From the NCBI GenBank assembly GCA_965113315.1, contig OZ220367.1: 64,000 nt of DNA; one strand, given 5' to 3'. Positions 50,591-64,000 of the stretch are shown piece by piece. The first letter of the stretch is position 1. Each line of letters opens with the position of its first letter. Both the position numbers and the translations under genes were made by a program. The notes beneath the pieces were generated by a model, which was not told where the DNA came from, ran no database searches, and saw only the letters and a program-made list of their open reading frames with translations. This stretch comes from Podarcis vaucheri (lineage: Eukaryota).

Positions 50591-51548
50591 ACATCCAAGA
50601 GTAGTCCGTTGAAACTTGCTGAGAATTCTGCCTTCTCCTCTTTGAAATGCCCTTCCTCCAGTGCCTGGAACCACCAGCAGCTAGAGGCTAATTCTATATA
50701 AAGGAAAGCTAATAACCGATACTTCCAGACCAACTATCAAATTGTGATACTGAAATGTACAATTGCAGCTGCGCATATTCCTATGCCCGCGGTAAGTATA
50801 TTGATCTACAGCTGAGGATTTTATGGCCTGGTTTCCCCTCCTCCTCTTACATTTTTAGTACCTCACTGCTTGCTTTGAACATTTAAATTGCAAGCAATGC
50901 TGGGGTGACCTGGAACACAGCTGGAGCCTCTCCGAAAGCATCAGTTTTGCATATGAAATGCACAATCTCTTTCTCTTCCTCTTTGCTCTGCTGCTTCTGA
51001 GGCTGTCTAACATTTTGTCAAGACGGATCAGCCCAAAAGCTATGTTGCTGTTTCAGATTCCCCAAACGTCTTTCATAGCAACTGTTGGGTGTCCAGCTTC
51101 TTTGTATTGCAGGAGAAGTCTCGCCCACACCTCATAACTCTTCCCCGCTTCCAATGCAGAGTCTAAGAACCCAGCAGCCAGGAACGTCACCTGACCCTTA
51201 TCAAGAACGGCTTGATGCAAACACTCAGAGAATGCAAAATCCGCCAGGGCACCTAAGATAGATAGGGGTGCCAGTGTCAGATTTTGAATGGACATTTATC
51301 TTTTAAGAGCTACATAAAAAGGAAAGCTATACTTAGTGAAACTTCCCCTGTCACTAGGTTGCAGTGATGGGGGAAGTTGCACATCATAGAATTTCTCCTC
51401 CACCTTCTTATATGCAACTCTTAAAAGAACAGGATGTCCTGTGGTGAGGCAAGGCCCAACCTGGGTATAAGACAAGGCAAGGTTAAGGACTGGAGACAAA
51501 GTTCTGAAGTTGCTTCTGCGGATAACAAACTGAATCAAGCCCTTCTAG

Positions 51549-51684
51549 CAGGCATGGCCAAACTTGGCCCTCCAGATGTTTTGGGACTACAACTCCCATC
51601 ATCCCTAGCTAACAGGACTGGTGGTCAGGGTTGATGGGAATTGTAGCCTCAAAACATCTGGAGGGCCAAGTTTGGCCATGCCTG
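51549..51684. mobile_element. hAT-type palindromic MITE (same family)
   Basis: CAGGCATGGCCAAACTTGGCCCTCCAGATGTTTTG ... CAAAACATCTGGAGGGCCAAGTTTGGCCATGCCTG, a perfect 35-bp inverted repeat. TSD CCTTCTAG / CCTTATAG. Confidence 0.9.
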
Positions 51685-52606
51685 CCTTATAGAGTAGTAG
51701 CAGCAGCAGGTGCAGCCCAATTGTTAGTCCCACCTGAACTACAAGGTGCTGGTTTACTGAAGAAGGCCGGATCCCTTTAAGTAATCTACTGTGATGGAGC
51801 AAGGAGCTTCAGTCTTGTGCAGTGGAATCCTCCAAATATGTTACTAATGGACATGCACTCCTACCCTTGGGCCAGGACAGCACTAGAGAAGAGCTTGCTG
51901 GATCAGGCCCATGGCCCATCTAATCCATCATTCTCTTCTTACACTGGCCAACCAGATGCCCATGAGAGGACCAAAAGCAGGTCCCGAGTACAACAGCACC
52001 CTCTCCGCTTGTGGTTCCCAGCTACCCATCACCCGGCAAAGAGGAATCTCTTGACTGTTGACACAGGAGCTTTCTATGGGGCCTGGGTGATGACCTTTCA
52101 GTGCAAAGGTCAGACAGGCCTCTTCCAGTTTGGCTCCTTACAGCTTTGTGAATAAACTTCCTAAACAGCACTGGGGGGGGGGGTAAGCCAATGAAATGTC
52201 CGCCAGATGTTGTTGGATTCCATAGCCAGGAATGACAGGAGTTGTAGCTCATCAACCTCTGGAGGGCACCATATTTGTCTACCCTTGCTGAAGAGGAGAT
52301 AGGACAGGGGAGCGGACTGCAATGAAAGTGATGGTAGAACACGAGAACAGTGCCTTGGGGATCATTGCCTTTGATAGCCCAGACCCACCATTCCAATCAT
52401 CCCTGATCTTTCATACTTTGGAAGTATACTAACTGTTTGCAAAATCAAACAGCCTTGGAAGTGAATGGTCCACCACATCTATTTGGTTTATGAGGCGAAA
52501 AGGGTTGTTTCGCCGTGACTTCTAAAAGCATTCTCTAAGCTTCAGCTATTTCGAATTCTTGAGAGTGCTGCAGGGTAAAGTGTATTTAAAACAGCACTGG
52601 CAGATG

Positions 52607-52608
<2 letters not shown>

Positions 52609-52652
<44 letters not shown>
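52609..52652. repeat. (GA)22 microsatellite
   Basis: Direct reading. Confidence 0.97.
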
Positions 52653-52655
<3 letters not shown>

Positions 52656-52666
52656 TGTGTATAGAT

Positions 52667-52787
52667 CAAGGGTGGAGAACCTGTGGCTCTCCAGGTGTTG
52701 CTGAACTACACCTCCTATCATCCTTAAGCATTGGCTATTTGGACTGGGGCTGATGGGAGTTGAAGTCCAACAACATCTGAAGGGCCG
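52667..52787. mobile_element. Degenerate hAT MITE; similar remnants at ~8023-8153, ~52190-52290, ~54640-54735 and ~62140-62215
   Basis: ggtggagaacctgtggctctccaggtgttgctgaactacacctcc...gatgggagttgaagtccaacaacatctgaagggcc carries the same core motifs. Confidence 0.6.
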
Positions 52788-53104
52788 TATTGAACCTTGG
52801 TTTTACTCAAGGGAAATTCGCTCTTTAGTGCTGGGATAAGTGCTTGCATTTTTGGACTTGTATAATGTAAGAGTTAGTTCCCATTCTAGAAAGGGTATTC
52901 ACTTGGCTGCTGCTACTGATTGTATCTAGTTTTCCTTCTGCTGCTACACACCGTGGATGGGAATGGAGTTTTGATAGAAGAAGGGAGATGATATTTTGCA
53001 ACCACTTAATTCAAGCCCTTCCTTGGGCAGGCAGCCGTGGAGAACTTTCAGTAGCTGTCTGGCTACATGCTAGACTGATTCTTTGATAATATGCAGAGTT
53101 AGTC

Positions 53105-53430
53105 TCTTGCAGCAATAAAGTCTTGCAGCACCTTAGAGCTGAAGGCTTAGACAAACAGACTTACTGTAGCATAATAAGCTTTTGTGGGCTACAATCCACG
53201 TTATCAGGTGCGCAAAGTGTTGTTCTGAGTTGCAGGATGTGTGTGAGGTTGGTTGGGATGGGTGCCTGTCTGTGGGGGAGGGAGTGTTCACAGTTGTGTC
53301 CTCCACCCCCCCAAAAAAACCTATCTATGTGTGTGTAATACACACACAGCTCAGGATTATGCTTCATTTATAAATAAAGTGGGCTCTGTTCTTACGCCGT
53401 AATAAATTTGTTAGTCTTTCAGATGCGGCA
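53105..53430. mobile_element. Penelope-like element remnant
   Basis: gcagcaccttagag...ataagcttttgtgggctacaatccacgttatcag with an inverted partner taataaatttgttagtctttcagatgc. This resembles inverted termini of reptile Penelope elements. Confidence 0.45.
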
Positions 53431-55564
53431 AATGTGAATGGTCCCTTCATATATTCTCACTCTAAACAGGATTCATTTGCTTCAGATGCGCATAATTTTG
53501 TAATCGCATACAGTATGTGACCCCTGATCGGCTGAGGATCCCTGAGGAGGAATGAAATGGGGGGTGGGGGAAGGAATGGCCATTGAAGAAGCAGCAAGAG
53601 CAGAGGAGGCTCTGAATAGTAGTGAACAGCCATGAAAAAAAGGTTGGATTTGGGGCAACTGCAATCTGGGAAACAGTAAAACATTTGGTAAAAAGTTAAT
53701 GGGGTCTTGCTTATCACCCTATTATATCTAGATCTATCTCCATTTCCTTACTTTACTGTTGCTCATCAAACCTGACCCAGGACTCCTGTTGTTCCACCCC
53801 CAATTTATGCCCATCAATTCTTTTTCAGCAGGCATGAACCCTGGTCCACCTTTTCCTTTTGAGGTTTTCAGCACTGCCAGATCAGTACTGAGACTGACCT
53901 TTCTTCTTCTTCAAGTACTTGTAGATTAGATGTTGGACCTGGACCAGGGGATTACTATTTCTGTACATTTTGGAATTTTGTAAGCTGTGCAACTTCGTTG
54001 CTCGGTTCATTTGATTTTTTAAAACATGGTCTGTGATATTTTATGCATTGTGACTTTGCTGTTATTTTTATTTGTTATAGTTTAGTAGTGATTTTGTGTA
54101 AAGATCGTTGTGGGGAGAGATTTTCTGTTTAATTATTTGCTGATTTTAACGGTTGCTTTTATCATGTAACAGATTTCAAGCGGATTATTGAATATTACTT
54201 TCATTGATTGACTTGCTTATTTTTATCGACTTGTCACATTTTTCATTATGATTTATTTGCCTTGGATCTGATGGTTCTATGGTGTGTGATCTTGGTTGTA
54301 TATTTTGTTGTTTCTGTGGCTTGTAAACTGCCTTGTGTTCAGCAATGTAGAAAGGTGGTATACAAATTAAGAATAAAATGAAAAGAGTCTTTGTTGTTGC
54401 CTATAATATATTGGTAGGACCTGTGGGCTTGAGCTGCACTGTGGTGCTTAGCACAAGGCTGTGTGTTGAAGGGAAGGAGATGAAATCTTTGTTTCCTAAA
54501 ATGTTCATTTTCGTCATGTATCTGCCAAGGTCTAGTATGGTGATTGATGAGATGAAATAACCAAGAGGCATTTCTGCTTCTTATCGGTGAGGGTTCTGCA
54601 GTGTGTACTTTTTAAAAAGCCTGTGCCTCCAATTCAAGGATGGAGTAACCTGTGGCCCTTCGGTTGTTGTTTGGCTAAAGCTCCCATCAATCCCACACTA
54701 GAATGATAGGAGTTGCAGTCCAGCAACATCTGGTTCTAGACAGAGAAGCAGCCCAGGGAGATTAAGGTAACCAAGGAAGTGGCTCTGTGCCAGACTGAAA
54801 ATGGGTGGGGGCCCCCTCCTCAATTCCCTGGTAGTTAGAAAGAACAGAGTGGAGAGTTTAGTTGTGTGCAAGCTAGAAGCTAGAATCAGGCCAGGAAACC
54901 AGGACATCAGAGCCATGTCTGATTTCTGCTTGAATCCAAGCTATGTGGCTATGGGAGAAACAAGACCCTCTTCTTCGAGTGTTAATGCTGTGAACCCCTT
55001 CATCGTAGGCTCAGGTTGTAGATATGTGTAAATAATCCACATATCCTAAAGACACCACAGTCTCCACTGTCTCTCGTTCTAAAGGAAACACAAACCCTGG
55101 GTAAGCACCTGGAACCTCTGGAATTTCACACTGCTCAGAGACTGGGGTAGCATGCAACGTTACTAGCCTACAGAAAGAAGCATCTTCAGAGACAAGCTGT
55201 CATTTACTCCTGTTGGTTAGTTTGTCAGCGGGGGAATATGCAGGTAATAAAAATTAAAACAAATTAATGGTTCATACCAGTTATTCTAAAATGTGCTTGT
55301 TTGCAACAAGCTGAAAAGTACATTTGAGACAACAATAAACTCCATTTAAATTATGCCCTTTTTGATACATCCCTCCCTGGGTTTGGAAGTACACAGAGGT
55401 ATGGATAGATAGCTTTTTATCTTTACATGCCTGCTTTTTTCTTATTCTTTTTGGTAGCAAATCAGGTGGTGGCAATATCCAGGTGTTGTTGGTTTTTTTG
55501 CTTTGATAACATGAGCATAAGGAATCAACTGTATGCAAAAAACTATGGGAGCCAAGAGTCCTAA

Positions 55565-55925
55565 GAGGAGAGGCAGCAAGAGTTGGGTATATCTATTCGG
55601 GAGAAGAGATTAGTAAGAGGTTATGTCATAGCTATCTTCAAATATCTGAAGGGCTGTGACATAGATTATTTGTTTTCCACTGCTCCTGAGGGGAGGGCCC
55701 AAACTAACAGGTTCAAATTACAAGATGGAGAATTTTGATTAAACATTAGGAAGAACTTTCCAACAGTAGGGGAACAGGCTGCCTTGGAAGGTGGTGGACT
55801 CTCTTGTTCATTATAAGTTTTTAAAGCACTGGTTGGGTGAGCACCTCTCAGGGATGCTACCATCCAGAGGAAGCAGACCCATTGGATGACATTTGTGGCC
55901 CCTGCCATCTCTCTTCATTCTGTAA
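55565..55925 (+). mobile_element. CR1 LINE 3' fragment
   Basis: atagctatcttcaaatatctgaagggctgt...ttcaaattacaagatggagaattttgattaaacattaggaagaactttcc...ggtggtggactctc, typical of the CR1 ORF2 C-terminus. Confidence 0.8.
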
Positions 55926-56677
55926 TGTCTTTTAATGAGGAGTCATCTAGTCAACTATCATGAGAAATAGCGGGAAGTTTGTATACGTGCATAGGGATGG
56001 AAACACTTTACTTTCGATATATGTTCCAGCCAACATCAAATCTGTCTCCAACAATCACAGGCTGTGGGAAAATAACTCAAGGGCTTTGGGGAAATAGTTG
56101 GGGGGAGGGAATTGCAACCAGTACATTAAAGAAGCTGAGGTCAGAGTGGAGGTTTTCAGGCTGCTTGCTTAGTGATCAATGCCAAGGCTGGTGCTAGAGG
56201 CGAGCAAACAGGGTGACTGCACATCACAGCGTGCATCTGTGTGCTGAGATGACTTTGGTGTGTGCTGAACCTCTACAGCACTGATTTATCCTTAAAAGAT
56301 TCCAAATCCTGAACAATCCTGCTAGATGGCGAGGCCATATGATTTTACTGGGGGCCTTGAAGAGAGAAGACAGATGTGCGATTCTAAACGTGGCAGAAAC
56401 AATCTAATACTGTTTCCACTGCTCTGAGGGCTGATCCAGCATGCAGTTTGTTAATAGGCAGATCTTCATTAAAGCTGCAAAACTGCACTCACACAACAGA
56501 TAGTCACTACAGCTCTGCCCCCCCCCTCACTGCTGGTAACACTTTTTAATGCCTCCCACATCTGACTTAGGGAATTTTCTGTTCCATTGCTGCAACCTGG
56601 AAAGTGGCTTTGAACAAATGACCTACCGAGCTGCAGTTAATATGTGAGAACGGTAATACTGAGTTGAAAATGACCTA

Positions 56678-57013
56678 CAGTGGTGCCCCGCAAGACGAAT
56701 GCCTCGCAAGACGAAAAACCCGCTAGACGAAAGGGTTTTCCGTTTTTTGATGCGCTTTGCAAGATGATTTTCCCTATGGGCTTGCTTCGCAAGACGAACA
56801 CGTCTTGCAAGTCTTGTGATTTTTTTTGCTCCCCCCCTTTTTCTAAGCCGCTAATCCACTAATGGCCTTTTAGCCGCTAAGCCTTTAATAGCCGCTAAAC
56901 CGCTAATAGCGCTAATCCGCTAAGCCGCTAATAGGGTTGCTTCGCAAGACGAAAAAACCGCTGGACAAAGAGACTCACGGAACGGATTATTTTCGTCTTG
57001 CGAGGCACCACTG
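56678..57013. mobile_element. Tigger/pogo-like MITE
   Basis: TA|CAGTGGTGCCCCGCAAGACGAA ... TTCGTCTTGCGAGGCACCACTG|TA. Repeated CGCAAGACGAA subterminal motifs and internal (a)gccgctaa tandem repeats. Confidence 0.9.
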
Positions 57014-57100
57014 TATTGGCAACGTTCCATAGGTTGTTTCTATTTTAAATTGTTATATTTTACCATTGCAATCTATGACCCTCCAGATGTTGCTGGCCTA

Positions 57101-57800
57101 CATAAGGATCAGGCCAAAGGCTTATCTAGTCCAACATTCCGTTCTCACAGTGGCCAACTAGATGTCTATGAGAAAATTTAAGCAAGAGGGCATGGGTGCA
57201 AGAGCACTCACCTCACTTGCAATTTCCAACAACTGGTATTCAGAGGCATCCTACTTCAGACAGTCGAGGTAGAACATTTCCATCCTGGCATCCATTAATG
57301 TGTCTAATCCTAGCAATTTGGTGTTATGAGCAAACTTTGCTGCCTCACTGTTAACCCCTAACTCTAGAACGTTTATGAACAAGTTTAAAAGTGCGGGTTC
57401 CGATATTGATACTTAAGGGAACTCCACTCTTTACATCCCTCCACTTCTTCAGGAAGGTTTAGACCAAATCCTGAGAATACTGATCCACAAGAGAAGTTCT
57501 CCTTTTATGCCACAACTGCTAAGATTATTCAGGTGTCTTTGGTGAAGGGCAATATCAAAAGCTTTGTGAAAGTCTAAGTACACATTGTCAACTGGATCAC
57601 CTCTGCCTATGTGCTTGTTGACACGTTCAAAGAACTCTAAAAGGTTAGTGAAAGAGGACTTAACCTTGCAAAAGGCATGCTGGTTCCGCTTCAGCAAAGC
57701 TCATTATTCTATATGCCTGGCATTTTTATCTTTTATAATGCTTTCCACCAGTTTTCACAGAACAGATGTTAAGGTAACCAGCCAATAATTTCCTGGATCC
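57101..57800 (-). mobile_element. CR1 LINE remnant (RT segment joined to 3' end, internally deleted)
   Basis: ORF 57449-57697: NQHAFCKVKSSFTNLLEFFERVNKHIGRGDPVDNVYLDFHKAFD, a CR1 RT motif. 57101-57300 resembles a squamate CR1 3' end. Confidence 0.85.
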
Positions 57801-59027
57801 CTCCCCCCCCAAAAAAAACCCCTGGTGTTATGTTGGCCATTTTCTCATCCTCAGGTAAAGATGCAAAAGAGTACCCTCACAAACTTTTTACTCCCTTGTT
57901 ATCCAGATGCCCAGGCTCCTCCCTAGAGGGTCTCCAGCTTCTCATGTATCTAAAGATTTGTGGTGGCGATCTTTGTTTTTAACAGTGTGCTCTTCTACTT
58001 TTTAAAATATGTATCCTTCATTGTCCACTTGCATTCTTTTGCTAAAGTTTGTGTTTCTTTTCGTTCTCATTTGGACAAGGCTTCCATTTTCTGAAGGAAG
58101 TCTTCTTGCCTCTGTGGAAAGCCAGCCCACTTAATATGTGGAGAACCAGCTTCTATTTACCACCGCTGATTCACCAGGTGGGTGGAGAGGTTCCTATTTT
58201 GTTCCCACTCCCACCATTGTACTCACATTTCAAATCCTGCCACCGCTGTATCTCTCTGCTCTGCTGGTTTACCAAAGCCTTAATCCGTAGTTGTGGTATT
58301 TTAGACATGGTACAAAACCAGCCAGACCCGCTTTATAAGTAAATATGGGTGACCAAGAATTTCTACCCAGCAAGCGAATCAGAAGTTAAATTGTAGAATC
58401 CTTTAACTTGGCATAAAAATAACCCAGCTCTTCCAAGATCAGTTTTATGCAACAAAGCAACTGACAGCCACCAAGGGATACTTAACTCTTCACATAACCT
58501 CACATACAGAAATGAACTCTTGTATGTTGAATATAAAACAAACACTGTCCCAGTAAACAAATTTTAAAATATGATTTCTCCACAGCCTCCAACAGCTTTA
58601 TTGATGTGGCTTGTTAACCGCACTAATGATTTATTGGCCTCGGTGGTACCTTTCCTGAGCTGCCATGTACAGTTCAGCTGATCTTCTGTTACTATCGTTT
58701 TGAACAAAATTATTTAAAATTTATTTTAAAGTATTTGAAACTCCAGCTCACCCGTCTTGGTTCGTGGGCTTCTGGTATTAGTATTTAAACATTTGCACAT
58801 GCTGCCTCTCTCCAAATGTCTTTGGCACAAGGCATTTTGCTTTATGGCTCTTTAGCTTCTTTTAATCGCTATTGTGTGCCCCTGGGCTCTCAGTGTATCA
58901 TCCTACACCCTCCTCTATTTGAACTTGGTGTCTATAGCCCTAACCATTGGCATCTATATCCCTAACAACATCTAAATCCCTAACTATTGCCCATGCTGTC
59001 TGGGGCTGATGGGATTTGCAGTCCAAC

Positions 59028-59355
59028 TGTTATGTACTGAGTTGAATAGGATCCAAACGACAGCAGTCTGATTGGTCCTAGAACAATAGGATTCAGAATG
59101 CAGCAGTCTGATTGGTCCAAGAACAATGCAGCAGTATGATTGGTTGGCAGGAACCACCCAATCATGCTCCAGATAGAAGTGAATCCACAACCTGATTGGC
59201 TTACAGTAGAATTCCAGAATTAACCAATCATGTGCAACCCATTGTGTAAATAATGTATATAAAGCAGATACTTTGAGGGGACTTTTATTCATTCCTCCTC
59301 ACCACTATGAGCTGAATAAAGAGCATGAAATCACTTTGCAACTGAGTATATTTCA
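59028..59355 (+). mobile_element. Solo LTR (328 bp) nested in a hAT MITE
   Basis: TG...CA termini and perfect 5-bp TSD CCAAC (59023-59027, 59356-59360). Multiple CCAAT boxes, TATATAAA 59256-59263, AATAAA 59315-59320. MITE sequence gctgatgggatttgcagtccaac|aatatctggagagg is split around it. Confidence 0.85.
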
Positions 59356-60173
59356 CCAACAATATCTGGAGAGGCACAGGTTATCCCCCTCTCCAAGCAC
59401 AAAACATAATAGCCATCTTTCTGAACTTCTAAGCTTTTTAACGAATGCTTGTGAACCAGTTGCATTTTTTCCACAAATCGCTTTCAAAGCTGTCATCCAG
59501 CAAATATGCTTTGATCTAATGGCACTTGAGCAGCCAACATCAAAGTTAAATTAACACTCCATCCCAAGAAACAGCAAAAGTGATACAGTTGAGTTGCATA
59601 GTTCAGGGCTGTAATTCCTCCCGCACCTCTGACCACACATACTGTGGGGCCTCTGTGCACCCAGATGAAAGGTTTGAACCAAATACATGCTGGTTTGCAT
59701 TGGGTGTGTGAGTGTGAATGTGTATATCGGAATGGATGCCGGTTAAACTTTATGATGCCATTTATATGTAGCTGATTCTGCGATATTTCAGCAATATTCC
59801 ATGACTGCAAGTAATTAGCGCACTTACTTAAGCATGATGGTACCTACATATGTAATATAGGAACGCTTCTGGACTCACTGACCGCACAGCCCTATACATG
59901 TCTTCTCAGAAATAAGTCCCGATTGAGTTTAATGGGGCTTAGCCCCATGTAAGCAGGTATAAAATTGCAATCTGAGTTATCCCAGATACTGGCCATAAAG
60001 CCTATTCATATAGTGTGAACTTACCATTTAAAATGTTATAGCCACTGTTTGATCCAAAATTTTTAAAGCGAATTTGTAGCCAAATTTCCACACTAATGGT
60101 GGGTTGCTGCAGAATTGAGAAAAGTTCAGTGGCTGTAGTCAGTCCCTTTATGTACCCTCAAATTCCTCTAGCC

Positions 60174-60305
60174 CAGGGTTTCCCAAACTTGGGTGTCCAG
60201 CTGTTTTTTGACTACAATTCTCATCATCCCTGGTCACTGGTCCAGCTAGGGATGATGGGAGTTGTAGTCCAAAAGAGGCTGGAGACCCAAGTTTGGGAAA
60301 CCCTG
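60174..60305. mobile_element. hAT-type palindromic MITE (same family)
   Basis: CAGGGTTTCCCAAACTTGGGT ... ACCCAAGTTTGGGAAACCCTG. Flanks ctcTAGCC / gggTAGCC give a partial TSD. Confidence 0.85.
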
Positions 60306-61528
60306 GGGTAGCCAATGAATATCAGAGTTATGAGCATGTGCATGGGGATAGTCTGTTCATGGCATTTTATTTATTTAATACCTAGTCCTCCAGAATTCTG
60401 ATATTTTGGAAGTAGAGGAGATGAGGAGAGGAACTATGAGTCTGCCTGAGCTATAGCAAACCTGGTTATTGTGATGAAACTTTGCCTTCAGCTAATGATT
60501 GCTGTCACGGGCAGGACTTTGGCTCAGTGCTACCGTCTCTTGCTGTTCTCTCTCTCCTCTGAACTGAGTTTGCAAACTGACAGCTCACAGCGGTCAGGGG
60601 GAAGTGGCATGGAACAGATGCTTCCCAAGCCACACCCACCACGATGCTTGTACACATGCTGCACAAATGAAAATATTGAGGATCTCTTCCAGATCTTTCA
60701 CAAAAGTCAGGTGTTGTGCAAGGCAAGAAAAAGCAGCTTTTGTGTATGTTATTCTTGAACACCACCTGAATAATGACAATGTCATATGACAACATGCAAT
60801 TTTAAAAACAACAAGAACAACCCAGGAACTATACCACTATAAATGGTAAGTGGGGAAAGGCCCTCAGCCTTTGGTGTGTGGAGGTGGGAGGTATCTATGC
60901 AACTACTGCATCAGGGGATGCTCATGTCAAGCACTTTTCAGAGAGATGAAAGAAGTCAAGGCAATGTCCCAGCTGGCACTGTGTTGTGGGGGAAGCCAAG
61001 GTCTAATTTCTGTTGCCTGTCTGTACATGCATCTTTCCCTAGGCCCTTTTTCCCAGTGCTCATGGATTGCTTACTGGAAAGCTGTTTCCCTCTGGGGATT
61101 CTTTTAAGATGCAGGCTTGATTAGTACCACTGCATCTGTGGCAGCAGAGTAGACTATGCTCTTTGGGAACCAAGAAGTAAACACAAGAGCTTGCAACTTC
61201 CTGTCTCAGTTGTGTCTGAGAGTTTGGCAATGAACAGGAAGCAATTGTGCCACCCATGCACAGAAAACCTTTACCACCCTGCCTAGGTCACATGTGGCAG
61301 ACCACACCATGCATGTACTTCTTTGCCTCTAAAGAATGAGAGGGGGGTTTCCCCTAGCTGCATGTTCACAACAATTTAAGGTCTGGTTTTATCAGTTCTG
61401 TGGTGCACCACAGAACTCTGTACTCCCATGATCAGCGCACATTCATGCAATCTGTGCATGAGAGGTACTGTCTGTCTCAGAGAAGCATCCTTGTCATATC
61501 TGTAATTAACTGTTGAGATGGCTTTTGC

Positions 61529-61530
<2 letters not shown>

Positions 61531-61576
<46 letters not shown>
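61531..61576. repeat. Compound (AC)16(AG)7 microsatellite
   Basis: Direct reading. Confidence 0.95.
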
Positions 61577-64000
61577 TACATACCGCTGTCACTAGTCTGG
61601 AGCATTCTGCTAAGCACCTAATGTGTCCGCAACACAGTCTTATGCATGCCTTTTCAAAAGGAAGCCTCCTAGTAGTTAAATGGCTGCAGTCCCAGGTAAG
61701 AATTGCAGCTTTAACAATCTCATCCTACACTGCATGGGGTGTATGAGTGAAAATGGGAGTGGGGAGTCAGGGGTGAATGGCTGTGAAATGCATGGCACAG
61801 TGATACTGCTGTAGTACTGGGAGGGCAATGGCTGGCTTTTCTTCTGGCATAAGGAAATGAAATTAAGTACAGTGCCTTCCATTATGTCTGTCTCAGGATG
61901 CAATAATTGATTTTGACTATTGATGCTGCATCTCCCTATTCCTCATACTGGATCCACTTGGGGAAAGCAGCCAAGCAAAGATGCCTTTAACCTGAGTTGG
62001 AGGATGGTTTGTTTGTGACATGATGAGAGCTACCAGGAACCACTGTGGGCAAATGCAGGGAGGCACCTGGTGGCACATCACCTAGAGCTCTTTGGAGGAA
62101 AGGTGGGATATATAGCCAATAGTCATAAATAAAATAAATCCCTGGCTATTGGCCATGTTGGTTGGCGCTGATGGAATACAAACACACCTGCGGGGACAGA
62201 GGTTTTCAATCCCTGACTTAGATTGTATGTAGGACCATGCCACTGGAGCAAGCAGCAAAGCAGAACAAGGATAAGAATTCTATTTATTTATTTTTTCAAC
62301 TCAACTGGGCAGATACTAGGTACCACACCAGCCATTCAGACTGAGAGCCATTTCACTCATTAAAAATATATGATGAGTTTACTTTGTCACATAAAGCTGT
62401 GTATTTGGGAAGGAATTGTGGTGGTTTGCTTGAAATCCTCCTGAAAAGAAGCACCGTTAATCTTTTGCTTCTGTGTCACTTTATGCCCCCCCCCCGTGTG
62501 TGTCTTTCTATGAAAATAAGATTTTAGAGTTGCAGGGACTGTGTTTGGAGTTCAGACACTAATAAATGCTTCCAAACACCATTAACTACCCAGTGCAATT
62601 GATTGGCATACATTCCAAGGTATGGCTATATAATATTCAGTTCTTTTCCAGGGCAAAGTAAAATCCAGGTATATCTGGACACTATCTTTTGGGCAGAAAA
62701 CATATTTTGGGCAAAAAATACATGCAGAAAATATTGCTGTCACACGCTTACTGATTTTTGTCAGGATTTGTTGTAAGCCTGTATAGAGACAAGAGCTGTC
62801 TGGAGGAGCAGGAATGTCTTTACGATATGAGCACCTCTGTTGATGGGTTCCAATCCTTTTTACATACACTTTTTAAAAAATAAAATCAAGTAAAATTATT
62901 CCAAAAGTGATCTGGAAATGGGAGACAGTTGTATTACTAATGGACATTAGCCACTCGACGCCTGCAAATGTCACACCAAAATGAACACACGCCTATTGTT
63001 AACAGTGCTGACCACATGCTTTAGAGAGAGACAGCCTGTTAACAGAAACTTGCAAATGCCATGGCAGAACACAAAATGTAGAAATGCCATTGCCAGTGAT
63101 ATACAACACTGCTAGCAAATAACTGTGTGCAGAGGGGGAAATATTACTGTCTATACTGTACATAGCCCTAGTTAATTTTGCCACATTCCTTAGATCTGGG
63201 AATTTTGACTATGGGTCTCCTGCTTCTGAGACTGTATTTTAAAACAGAAAAAGCACAGCTATAGTTGAGCATGCAGGATCTGTGAATATTAGTTCAGTGT
63301 TTAAATTTAGACAGCAAGTTGCTTTTCTCTTTTACTTTGCTGCTTTATTTTTAGACTTAGAAATGTACTTCCAAATCAAATCCACCCATCTTTGCCTCTC
63401 AGCTTTGGGCTGCTGTGACACTCCCCAAATGGAGAGGTTGCCTGGAGAGGAAAGATGATTTAATAATAAATTGTTCTGGGGTCTGAAGTTGGGATTCCCC
63501 GCCCCCACCCCTCTTTCCCCCTGAATGTGTATGTGGCTCTGACGCAGTTTCCTGAAAGTCCTGCCTGGTCCTGCCAGGGACTGAACGAATGTAGATCCCA
63601 GCTCACCCAAAGGGGAGTGGAGTGGAGGGGGAGAGAAGACTTTGCCAAACTGGCTTGACCAGAATGTGACACAAGAGCAGGAAATGAGTCACTCCTGGTA
63701 GGGCAGCTGCTCTCAGCCATTTGCATAAAGAGAAGCACCAGCAGAGGAGGGGGAAATGACACCAGGCCTCTCGGCCTGCCCTGAGTAAAATCTGCTCCGC
63801 ATTCAACTAGCTTGCAGGCTTCTGTCTTGATACGTTCCTCCTCTTCCTCCTCCTTCCCCCCTCGCTGCCCCCACCCCTGTCCTTCAAACATCTCTCTGCT
63901 ATATCTCACCCTGCAGAACCCCAAACATTCAGGGTCTGGATCTTTTTAAAGTGCTGCCTGTAAAGTCAACATGAAACCTCTGTTTAAACGAAAGTACACA

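Noticed and set aside
59061-59145. Spaced direct repeats resembling a CRISPR-like array
   Set aside because: Vertebrate DNA; the repeats are U3 enhancer duplications within an LTR.
35400-64000. TRIM8 exons or a CpG-island promoter expected downstream of SUFU
   Set aside because: No RING/B-box coding sequence or CpG island was recognised. If synteny holds it lies beyond the window.

Overview
Vertebrate genomic DNA, most likely a squamate lizard (Sauria SINE plus BovB LINE; lacertid-like by inference). The left half holds the last four coding exons of SUFU on the + strand (10785-10919, 11724-11862, 23972-24040, 27723-27812; 135/139/69/90 nt, all GT-AG). A repeat-poor stretch follows that may be a long 3'UTR ending near 34.5 kb. 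The right half is intergenic; TRIM8 is expected further downstream by synteny but is not seen. Mobile DNA is abundant: a young 5'-truncated BovB with an unbroken 518-codon RT frame, a full Sauria SINE, tRNA-derived SINEs, CR1/L2/RTE remnants, three solo LTRs, and hAT, Tigger-like and Tc2-like MITEs. The most striking object is at 44628-45623. There an intronless, full-length, intact FKBP3 (FKBP25) ORF with no poly(A) tail and no TSD of its own replaces the middle of a Tc2/pogo-type TIR element. An empty 156-bp relative of that element lies at 6643-6798. This is a candidate 'Pack-TIR' DNA transposon carrying a spliced host mRNA copy. All calls are by eye; repeat-family names and conservation need database confirmation.
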